A DNA stretch of 64,000 nucleotides, from positions 1-64,000 of the forward strand of contig NIVC01002691.1 in NCBI GenBank assembly GCA_002269645.1, written 5' to 3'. The DNA comes from Macrostomum lignano (lineage: Eukaryota). Position 1 is the stretch's first letter. The number at the start of each line of letters is the position of its first letter. The notes under the pieces were generated by a model. The model was not told the origin of the DNA. It ran no database searches and saw nothing but the letters and a program-made list of their open reading frames with translations. The position numbers were made by a program, and so were the translations under genes. This document shows, piece after piece, positions 51,894-61,054 of the stretch.

Positions 51894-52260
51894 CATATAT
51901 GCCTAACCTCAAAATTTCACTTGTCTAGTGCAACTTAGTTTTGTCCAGATTTGCAACTTATAAGTCCTTCTAATTGCAACTTAGTTCCTCTCAATCAAAA
52001 CTTAATTCCCTTGATTGCAACTTAATTTTCATTTTTTATATGACTTTTCTAGCTTTTTTCTTTTTTTTCCTTTTCCTCTTTCTTTTCCTTTCTTTTTTTT
52101 CTCTCTCCTTTTTTCTTTTTCTCTTCCTCTCTTTTTTTCCATCAATTTTTGCATTTTTTGCATTTTCAATTTTGCAATTTTGAAACTGCAAAATTGCCAG
52201 CAGCCATTTGCATTTTACCTGTCCACTTTAAATAGGTCAGATAGGTATTAGGCATGTATG
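51894..52260 (+). mobile_element. hAT-type MITE related to the 28S-fragment family but with a T-rich interior, 367 bp
   Basis: TIR CATATATGCCTAA...TTAGGCATGTATG; perfect 8-bp TSD GTAATTAG at 51886-51893 and 52261-52268; left subterminal AAAATTT...TGCAACTTAGTTTT shared with 12014. Confidence 0.8.
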
Positions 52261-54313
52261 GTAATTAGGTTCTCTATCTAGTATCTGGCCACTAAGATAA
52301 AAATTTTGTAGAGCAGAGGCCTACCTCTGCTCTATATAGGCCTAGCCTCACATTATTATCTACACACTTACATAAAGTTAGTTACTCAAGAAATGATAGT
52401 ATAGTCCTATAAGCATTTGTTTTACATGTTAAATAGAACCATTGTGCTATTTATATTGTCACCATAGCAATAAATAGGCCTGGCAATTGGCCAACTGAAA
52501 AATTAAATAATAGACAGCTTGTTCTCTAAAATAGAGTTTTTTATAATGCATATAACTTTGGCAATTGTTTTTTTACTCATTACTGACATGACACTAAACT
52601 GACAAAATATGATAGGTAATTGGCCTATTATTCTAGATGATTTTTTTAAACCAAAAGTTTAATTTTATTGGTGCTGGCAAAATTATAACTGAATAAGCAC
52701 TGTCATTACATTACAATTCTTGATATGTTGTCGTGGTTGCATTTTCAACCTTATGTGTATGGCTTGAGCGGGCTTGAGTTGAGAATTTAGTTTCAGTTTC
52801 AGATAATCAGATAAAAAGTAAACAGTAATCATTCCGACATTCGTATCTGAGAAAATGTAAGTAGAAAAAAGAAAAAATTAAAAAAACAAATAACTTACTT
52901 TAATATACTACTTGCTATATAGTATACTGGATAGGCCTTTTAGATTGAGCCTTTTCGAATTCAGGGAATGTTTGCCGTAGATCGGATTGGATGCCTGCCT
53001 AACGCTAACGTTAACGTCGACTAAAGCTATGACCGGATTTTCAGTTAGTAGTAGTAGTAGTAAGTTGGCTCAGGCAAGAAGCCTGTTTGGCCAGTATATT
53101 TCTGTGTATTTAAGTTATTTTAGCATTAGTTGTTTAATTACGATTAAGTTCAAAAGGTTAAATTTGTTCAAAAGGTTAAATTTTTACACCAGTTACGATG
53201 CGAGTTACGATATTTGTAAAATTATTAAGGTATTTGAAAGAGCGTTTTTTGTAAAAAGATATAGTATTTTGCAAGCGCGCAATATTTCAAAGCGTGAAAA
53301 ACGAACGAAAAATGAACAAAAATGTGACGTTGCCAGTTTAAGGTGGTCCCGAAAAGGGCCGTTGGACTGCTGTTTCTCTATAGTTTCAACCCTTCAGTTT
53401 CACCGTTTCAACTAAACTGTTCCATTTGTTTATTGCGACGTTTACTTGTAGTAGTGCCCAACGATTTTGTGGCAATTTCTAATTCACTGTATATTTTGCT
53501 ATCCTCTCTCGCGACCGTATAAAATTGGCACGATCGATAATTTTAAGTTCTCTCGCCAGCCAATGAAATCACTCGTGCTCGCGCTACCCCCCTCTGCGCT
53601 CTTTTATTAAACCCCCCCCCCCCGCCTGGCGGCAGGCACTCCTCTCTCCCTGTCTGTCCTTGGCCTTGTGTGTGTTTTTGCGTTCCTGTCTGGCTGCCTC
53701 GAGCCTCCTTATTTCTCACCACGGCCCCTCTGCCTGGGCCAGCCTGCTCACACACTTACTTGACTGTCTCACGCCACGACCGACGCCAACTCGCCACTAC
53801 GTTTCACTGCCTTCACTGTGCTCATAGCCTCTGCTCTCGTCACATCGCCATTGTGTCATTCGCCTGCCACTTGACTTCATATCCAAATTATATTCAACCC
53901 ATTGTTGCAGCCGCCAGTGCCCAGAAAGCTATAGTCTGTTTATTGCCAGTAACAACCAAACTTAGTACTGATATTAACAATAAAGACAACTACGGCAGTT
54001 CCTGCCTTTATCGCCAAGTGCTCCGCTACACCATCCACTTCGCCTAAGTTGACTTCAACTTCAACTTATTTTGGGACTAAAACGGCCCTTTTAAGGGTCA
54101 CGGTCAACATCAAATAACGTGACAAAAACGAACTTCGAAAGAAATTTACGTTAAACGAATAGCGACAATTTAAATAGGTATTAGATAGGAAACTAATTAA
54201 ATATTAATTAAATGCTAATTAAATAGGAAATTAAAAAGGCAGTAAATGAATAAACAAAAGAAAAGCGGATTTATTACACTGCTGATATGTCTGTTTCAGT
54301 TTGCATAACTGTT

Positions 54314-57300
54314 TTAGCTATTCATGACTTCATATATTTTAGCTACACCAGTGAGCTCTTTTCTGACTCTTTTTTCATTTGTAGCATATCCTAACTTGTG
54401 TACTTGCTTGTCATTTAAGAGGTACTGACAGAAGTATTTTTTTCTGATCTTTTCAGTTTGTGGACATTCGGTCAAGTAGTGTAGGATATCGGAACCATTT
54501 CTCGCTCCACACAGTCTGCATGCTTCATGAGAGAAAATGTTGGGTGTAATTTCGCATTTCAGTTTTAGGAGGGTTGTTAAGAATTTTTTGTTTCTAAAAG
54601 TGCATGGAAAGTAATCTGAAAGGTCGGGCCTGCAGATTTTTTTGTAGAGATAGGCGTTTTTGTAGAGTTTAATATGTTGCTGATTCTCTGGCTTTTGGCT
54701 AAGTTCTCTTTCTCTGTGTATCTTGAGGTGCTTTTTCACTAGGTATTTCTCGTTATTAAAGCTTTGGGAAAGTTTATCTTCAGTTAGTGCTTTTAAGTCT
54801 ATACTTTCCAGTTTCTTTAGTACATTTGTTTTCCATGGATTTTTTTGGCTGGTGTTTGAGTAGAAAATTTCTAGAGTCGTTTGGCAGAGTTTTTTGTGTC
54901 TAATCTTCAGCCAGTAGATGAGGTAGGTTTTAGCGATTCGTTGAGAGATTGGAGTAAGCTCAAGTTCTGATGATATCACACTGTTGCTAGCAAATTTTGG
55001 TAGATTGAGGAGATATTTGTAGAATTTCAGCTGAATATTATCAATAGCTTTTGTATCAGACATGGTAGCCAGAGGGCCCCAGAGCTCACAACCGTAAGTG
55101 ATAACGGGGGTAACAAGCGCGTCAAATAGTCTGCGAATGAGTGTGATGTCTAGGGACGTATTCTTTACCCTATGGAGTAGGGAAAACATGGCTGTATATC
55201 CCTGCTTAGTTTGGTGTTCAATACATTTTTTAAAGCTGTTTTTTGGTTCAAAAATAATTCCCAGGTATTTAAATTCATTTACTTCCTCTATTTCTTGGTT
55301 GTCGTAGTATATTTTTGTAGCAATGCTTTCTGCGTCGTTTTTTTGTCTGGTATTGCCCTGCATGAACTTTGTTTTGCTTGCATTTACTTTCAAGTAATTT
55401 TGTTTGCAGTCATTTTCCATAGTCGTAAATGTGTCTTGAAGTTCGTCTTTGTTTTTAGCTAGAATGGCTTGATCGTCTGCAAAGAGTAGGATGAGTGGGA
55501 AAGCAGATCTCGTAAGAGAGCGCCTAGCGCTAGAGAGTTCAAGATATTCAACAATGTCGTCAATATATAGTTCAAAAAGGATGGTAGAGAGAGGGTTGCC
55601 TTGAAGAACACCTTTTGATATTGGGATTGGCTGGGTTTCATCATCATCATCATCATTTTTTAGAATGAAGCAGGCATTTTTATGCATGTTCTTGATAAGT
55701 TCCGTCATTTGACCTTTAATACCCTGGTTATCCGTTTTGTGCCAAAGGGTCGGTTGATTTAAGCTATCGAAGGCTTTTTCATAGTCAACAAATCCAATAA
55801 AGAGTTCTTCTTTGTTGTAGATGGATTGGTTTATAATGTTGTAAAGATTAAAACATTGGTCGATTGTGCTGTGATTGGGCTTGAAACCGTATTGGTATTT
55901 TGATATAAGATTGTTTGCGTATGCTAGGTTTTCGAGTCTGGATTTAATAATTTGGCAAAAGAGCTTGCCAAGAATTGGTTGAATGCAGATTCCTCTGTAA
56001 TTGTTGGGGTCGGCACTGCTGCCTTTGTTTTTATAAATCGGATGAAGTGTATTTGTTATCCAACTAGTTGGGAAGGTTCCTTGTTTGAGTGCTTCGTTGA
56101 AAAGTGAGCATAGGAGGTCAGCAAGTTCGTTCTCGAGGTATTTGAGTGTTTCTACATATACTTTATCGTGCCCAGGTGCTTTGTCGGTTTTGAGCTTTTT
56201 AATATGTTTTATAACTTCTTCTTTGGTGAATGGGGCATTGAAATCCTCTAAATCAGCCAGAATAGGGTTGTCAAGGTGAAGATTGTATGAAAGTCTAATG
56301 CTGCTGTCTTGTTCAGTTACAAGATTTTGAAAGTGTATGATAAATTTTTCATCAATTGTTACTCTGTTGTTTGAGGGATTTGGTGTTTTTAATAAGTTCC
56401 AAAGTTGTTTTGTATCGTTTTGAATAAAGGCTTGGTTGATCATGTTGTCTGCACAGAGAGTTGTTTCAAATTTCCATGAAGTGAGCTTTTTTTCGTATGC
56501 TTTTTTGAGTTGTACTTTGCTTGAGAGGTTGTTGGGAGTAGGGAAGGTTTTATATCTTCTGCAGGCATGTCTAGCAGCGTTTCTTAAATCTTTAAGGAAG
56601 CTAGGCAGTGTTGAGCATAGTGGGTTCTTTATCTCTACTGTGATGTTGTTTTGAATTTGTCTAACTTTTCTACTTAATTCATTTATAAAAGCTGGGTTTT
56701 GTATGTCTGGATTTGTGATTTTGTCATTCATGTTTTTCAGGTCATTTGCGAAGTTATTGATATGTTTTTCTTGTTGCAGGTTGGGTTTATGTGACTTTTT
56801 TAGGACTCTGTATCTCGTTTTCGAGTTATTGGTTGCTTGTTTAGTTTCTGTGATTTCCTCTGTGAATTCACTTGATAGGGAGAGCACTATTTGGTTGTGG
56901 TCGCTAAAGTAGGTGTGATTCTTTACTTTAAAGTCTTCGAGGTGTTGGAGTAAGCTGGTAGAGACGAAACAGAGATCTATAACAGAGGAACCAGATTTTG
57001 AGAGAAAGGTGAATTCACCATTTGTGTCTGATAATGATCTACCATTGATTAGATGCAGGTTGTATGAGTCAGTAATCTGGTTAAGTAGTCTACCATTTTT
57101 GCAGGTTTTCTTGTCTTGGCTTTGTCTAGTAAGTGAGATGTTTTTTGCTCTGGTGGTATATATTGAATTTAAATCTATGTACGAGGTATTGTATATATGA
57201 GCATTGAAGTCTCCAATAAGGAAGATGTTTTCTTCGGAGTGGTAAGCATCCAGGAGAATTGTTAACTGTTCCCAATTTTCTTCTTCATAATATTTTGAAG

Positions 57301-57916
57301 ACAGTGGGGGTATATAGGCGTTTATTAAGGTAAAGCTTTTGTTTTTATCCTTTTTGTGTTTAAAATTTAGTGTCAAGAAGTTTTTATAATGTTTGAATGA
57401 TTCTGTAACATTGTATTGTGTATCTAGTGACTTTTTGTAAGCTGTTAATAATCCACCAGAAGCTCTGCCAATGAATTTACAGCCTTTTTTGTTTGCAGGC
57501 TTTTGGTATGTCATGTAGTTTTCAGACAGGTTGTTGATTTTGAGTCGCTTGTTTTCATTTTTTGTGTCTATTATCCAAGTTTCTTGAAGGCAGAGAATAT
57601 TATTCTTAAAAATTGATTCAGTTTCCAGTAGTTCAAGTTTGGGAATCATCACAGAGTCTTTTATTGTGTAAAGTCCATTGATATTCCAGCTGCTAATAGT
57701 AAATTTTTCTTTATCAATTTTTTGGATAATATTAAATTCAAGGAGTTTTGATTTGATATTGTAAGGAATTTTTTTGATCTTTTGAGCATTGTTATTTCTA
57801 ATAGAAATGAGGTACTCTCTAGTGTATTGTATCCGCTTTTCATTTGCCTGGATAATATTTTGACTATTTTGACCATTAAGTGTTGGGGTATTTAAGTCAC
57901 AGTTTACAGAGGAAGT
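54314..57916 (-). CDS. LINE ORF2: AP endonuclease, reverse transcriptase, C-terminal CCHC knuckle (frame open for 1200 codons)
   Basis: SWNING (upstream of the first ATG), LCLQETW, NAYIPP, GDFNAH, IDLCF, SDH; NYRGI, QYGF, DYEKAFDS, QGNPLS, FADD, KYLGI; CRLC...HYLTEC. Confidence 0.93.
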   Translation of the reverse strand, partial: TSSVNCDLNTPTLNGQNSQNIIQANEKRIQYTREYLISIRNNNAQKIKKIPYNIKSKLLEFNIIQKIDKEKFTISSWNINGLYTIKDSVMIPKLELLETESIFKNNILCLQETWIIDTKNENKRLKINNLSENYMTYQKPANKKGCKFIGRASGGLLTAYKKSLDTQYNVTESFKHYKNFLTLNFKHKKDKNKSFTLINAYIPPLSSKYYEEENWEQLTILLDAYHSEENIFLIGDFNAHIYNTSYIDLNSIYTTRAKNISLTRQSQDKKTCKNGRLLNQITDSYNLHLINGRSLSDTNGEFTFLSKSGSSVIDLCFVSTSLLQHLEDFKVKNHTYFSDHNQIVLSLSSEFTEEITETKQATNNSKTRYRVLKKSHKPNLQQEKHINNFANDLKNMNDKITNPDIQNPAFINELSRKVRQIQNNITVEIKNPLCSTLPSFLKDLRNAARHACRRYKTFPTPNNLSSKVQLKKAYEKKLTSWKFETTLCADNMINQAFIQNDTKQLWNLLKTPNPSNNRVTIDEKFIIHFQNLVTEQDSSIRLSYNLHLDNPILADLEDFNAPFTKEEVIKHIKKLKTDKAPGHDKVYVETLKYLENELADLLCSLFNEALKQGTFPTSWITNTLHPIYKNKGSSADPNNYRGICIQPILGKLFCQIIKSRLENLAYANNLISKYQYGFKPNHSTIDQCFNLYNIINQSIYNKEELFIGFVDYEKAFDSLNQPTLWHKTDNQGIKGQMTELIKNMHKNACFILKNDDDDDETQPIPISKGVLQGNPLSTILFELYIDDIVEYLELSSARRSLTRSAFPLILLFADDQAILAKNKDELQDTFTTMENDCKQNYLKVNASKTKFMQGNTRQKNDAESIATKIYYDNQEIEEVNEFKYLGIIFEPKNSFKKCIEHQTKQGYTAMFSLLHRVKNTSLDITLIRRLFDALVTPVITYGCELWGPLATMSDTKAIDNIQLKFYKYLLNLPKFASNSVISSELELTPISQRIAKTYLIYWLKIRHKKLCQTTLEIFYSNTSQKNPWKTNVLKKLESIDLKALTEDKLSQSFNNEKYLVKKHLKIHRERELSQKPENQQHIKLYKNAYLYKKICRPDLSDYFPCTFRNKKFLTTLLKLKCEITPNIFSHEACRLCGARNGSDILHYLTECPQTEKIRKKYFCQYLLNDKQVHKLGYATNEKRVRKELTGVAKIYEVMNS

Positions 57917-58600
57917 TCAGTAGGTTTTAATGAAGGGAACTCCCCTCTTATAGCCAATTCGGATGTTTTTCTCACCATTTTCTTGACGAGTCTTAAGCTC
58001 TTTAACAATCTTCTGCTTATATGCCCGTTCCTTTTCTGTTAAGTCGTTCTCGATCCGAATACGGGAGTAGGCAGAGCCAGTTTCGCGCAGGTTTCTCAGA
58101 TTACCGAAGAAGGCCGCTTTGTCGCTATCGTTGACCAGCCGAACAACGAGGGGCCTTGGTCGATTGCTGAGAGGTTGTTCGCGACCGATCCGCCTGGTGG
58201 CGACAATTGGGACAGTTGCGGGGGACACTTTGAGCCCATCCTGCATAAAGTCCTCGAGCTTAGCGTCTTCTTGGAGTCCAAAAACTATGATGTTATTCTT
58301 CTTTATACCGCGCTGCCTGACTTCCTCCACGATTTCATCAAAGCTGATGTCGTAGGTGACAGTTTGCTTCCCACTCTCAATCGACTCTAGCTCTTCTATG
58401 CGTTCTTCGAGGGCCGTCAGCTTGACTTTGAGGTCTTTAAGCAGCTCCATGCTGTTAAGTAGCGCGCGGGCATGGGTCTTGCAATCTCGGCAAGTCCATA
58501 TGAGACCATTATCGCTAGGGCCATTTGCGATGGCGGTGAAAATTGGCTTTGCTAGGCCGGAGCAGGACTGGTGGCACCAGCGGTGACAGCTTCTCGGTTC
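57917..58600 (-). CDS. LINE ORF1 (half PHD finger, coiled coil, RRM-like domain), 5' truncated
   Basis: Frame upstream of ATG 58450 reads CHRWCHQSCSGL...WTCRDC (C-terminal half of a PHD finger); NIIVFGLQE, RRIG, RPRPLVVRL and IENDLT motifs. Confidence 0.82.
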   Translation of the reverse strand, partial: EPRSCHRWCHQSCSGLAKPIFTAIANGPSDNGLIWTCRDCKTHARALLNSMELLKDLKVKLTALEERIEELESIESGKQTVTYDISFDEIVEEVRQRGIKKNNIIVFGLQEDAKLEDFMQDGLKVSPATVPIVATRRIGREQPLSNRPRPLVVRLVNDSDKAAFFGNLRNLRETGSAYSRIRIENDLTEKERAYKQKIVKELKTRQENGEKNIRIGYKRGVPFIKTY

Positions 58601-58876
58601 AGTTCCGAAATTTAAATTAATTCACTCCGGATTGCCTCTAAATAGTTAGTGTATAAACAAAGTAAAAACATTTCTGCTCCAATTGCACTTAAACAGCAAA
58701 TAAAAAAGCATTGCCATTGCAATAAATATTTAAATTATATTATTTTTGATGATAGTTTTACATTTTATTGCAATTTTTTCGTCAGTCATTTTAGCGCGCA
58801 TATGAAACTTATGCATACGAAATTCAAAAGCACATTGCTTTCGAATTGCAAGCTTGGAGAATGCCTAAGGCAAAGG

Positions 58877-59056
58877 CAGTGGCGCAACCAGGTGGGGGGC
58901 GGGGGCGGTCGCCCCCCTCTTATAGGCGCGGAGACCCAAAAAATCAAAGAATCAGAGGGGGGACCAAGCGAATTTTCGCCAAAACAGAGCCACCCCTCTC
59001 CCGGGACTTTACCCTCCAAAATCCGCCCCCTCATAAAATTTCTGGTTGCACTACTG
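58877..59056. mobile_element. Small GC-rich MITE-like element
   Basis: Imperfect TIR CAGTGGCGCAACCAG / CTGGTTGCACTACTG; no TSD found. Confidence 0.4.
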
Positions 59057-59519
59057 AACGAAAGTTTCCTTACACACCCTCTCTTCAATATAAATTTATA
59101 ATTATATTATATTTCAATATAAAATTATAATATTTTACATATTATAATTATAATTTTAATTTTAATTTTAATTACATGTACATATAATTATATAATTAAA
59201 AAAGATATTTAATTTATCTGCACTTTCTTTGAAAATTTAATCTCATAAGAATAAAATATAAGCATAAAAGTCATGCTCAAATGTCTTTTGCTGAGCAAAA
59301 CTGTCACTCTATAATGATGGTATTAAATATTTACGCGTAGATGAACTTTGTTTTTGTTTTTAGTTACTCTTAAGACTAGAAAAAAAATTACCTGGGACTA
59401 TATGAAGTATAACTTGTTTTAACTAATTGTTTTACTTAAATGAATAAAAAATATATACACTGTAAAAGTTAGCTCATAACAGCAACAACAACAACAAATT
59501 ATGCAGCTAGCAATCAAAG

Positions 59520-59960
59520 TCACAGAGCAGGGTGCTTCAGATGGCGCGCCGCAGAGCCTGAGAGCGGACGAAGTCCGCCCCGTTGGCAGTGTCGGGCGCC
59601 CTGGCGTCGCGTACGTAGGAGGCAGTCCACGTATCGACGGGTTTGGGCCTGACCCCGCCTGAGCGGGCCCTGCAGAGTGAGCAACAGGACGTCCTGAACA
59701 GGTTGGCGTGTTGACAACCAGTCCGACGCTCAATGCCACCTTGACCAACCTGTCGATCTGGCGGGATGCCACCTTGAACGGACGAGGACAGGAGGGCGAG
59801 TTCGTCGGCGTAGCCAAGCAAATAATAATAAGGCGCTTTTCGCCGTGGCGGCGACCGATGCGTCTGCGCAGCGCAGGAAGCCGTCGTTAGTCGAGGAGAC
59901 TGCGGTCCGAAGCACCCAGTGGCAGCAGCACGAAGAGAAACGGCGCCAAAGTGTCGCCAT
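59520..59960 (-). pseudogene. Frameshifted RTE-type reverse transcriptase fragment
   Basis: LLGYADELALLSSSVQG in one frame continues as RQIDRLVKVALSVGLVVNT in another, matching RT motifs 5-6. Confidence 0.6.
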
Positions 59961-60005
59961 GCAGAACTCCTGATGAAGTGTCGAACTGATGATGATTTAC
60001 ATGTA

Positions 60006-60560
60006 TGTAATCGCCCTACTAGTGAACCGTCTTCTCATGGGGGAAGGATCAGATCGTATGACTATGGATGGCTGCCAGCCGTCTATGACCAGACTATGAC
60101 CGACAGATCGCCCTTCAGGTTGTCCCGCCCATGCATATTGATCTAACAATTTTTGGTAGTGCTATATTAGAGACGCGGTAAGGACCCAAATGTGCCCCAT
60201 CGATAGCTAAGTTGCAAATATTGATCATCGGGTTATTGCATGACCCACTGGCTGCCACCACTCTGTGACCTGGCGAACCTGGATCTACGGTATGACCAGA
60301 CCTGGCGAGGCCGGAGCCCCGCCTGGGATGGGTATCAAGGGTTGGAGCTAGCGGCGAGCAGCATGCAGCCGAATAGCTATAATAGGAATCTGCTTGGGCA
60401 CAAATCGGGAACTCCGGGATCATACAGACGGATTTTTATCAGGGGATCCTTTTAAGGCTGTGATGACATACGGTTCAGATTGCAAAAAGTACATGTAGTG
60501 TATAGAGAAAACGTAGAACAGCTATACATGTACATCTAGTTTGGATTGATCAATGGGTTC
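60006..60560 (-). mobile_element. Truncated LTR (U5 end) of a family related to the 5807-8016 LTR
   Basis: Starts TGTAATCGCCCT versus TGTAACCGCCCT; colinear shared blocks (tgtcccgccc, ggctgccaccactct, gtgacctggcg, gagccccgcctgg, gcatgcagccga, atcgggaactc, caggggatcctt). Confidence 0.82.
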
Positions 60561-61054
60561 GGGCCTGGCTCCTCATATGAAAGGTTTTCCTCTCCACATG
60601 GAGCACCAGACCGCTGATGTGATGAACCACTGCTGGCAGCGTGCGTCTGCGTCGTGGCATGTCAGGTCCGCTGATACGTCAGCAGACACAGTCAACATCT
60701 CGGTCTTCAATATGCTGACAACGCTTGAACCCACCTCTTTCTGTGCTTTCAACAGACGAGAAAAAGAGGCTGAGGTCGCCAGCGTTGCCAAACAAGCTTA
60801 GGTGTTTTTTGCCGCTGTGGCGAACGATGCGTCTCCACAACAGATAAAAAAAGCAGGAAGAAATCTCTCCATTTCAGCATTCGAGGTGTGCCACGAAGCT
60901 CACAGATGTTCAATTGAAAAGATATTTTTGGTGTAAGGTCTACTCAGATGTTATATTGCAAAAATGCTTTTAGTTTAATTTTAAAAAGATTTTCCTTGCT
61001 GTAGTATGCATTTGATTTTTTTGTACAGTCACCATCTACGTCGTAAATTCTAAA

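Larger units (their letters stand above)
54240..58600 (-). mobile_element. Non-LTR retrotransposon (APE+RT; RTEX/L2-like), 5' truncated within ORF1
   Basis: ORF1 followed by ORF2; AATAAA at 54275-54270 just downstream of the ORF2 stop. Confidence 0.9.

Noticed and set aside
53560-54070. GC-richer segment with a GTAAGT donor (53759) as dymeclin 5' UTR exon or a SINE
   Set aside because: Several equally plausible donors; no Pol III boxes or TSD; cannot be assigned without transcripts.
57661-57876. 71-aa ORF between LINE ORF1 and ORF2
   Set aside because: Alternative frame overlapping the true open ORF2 frame that carries the SWN motif.
59965-60000. CTGATGA...CGAAC as a hammerhead ribozyme (retrozyme idea)
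   Set aside because: No stem II, no GAAA core and no flanking stems; no hammerhead core seen in either LTR.
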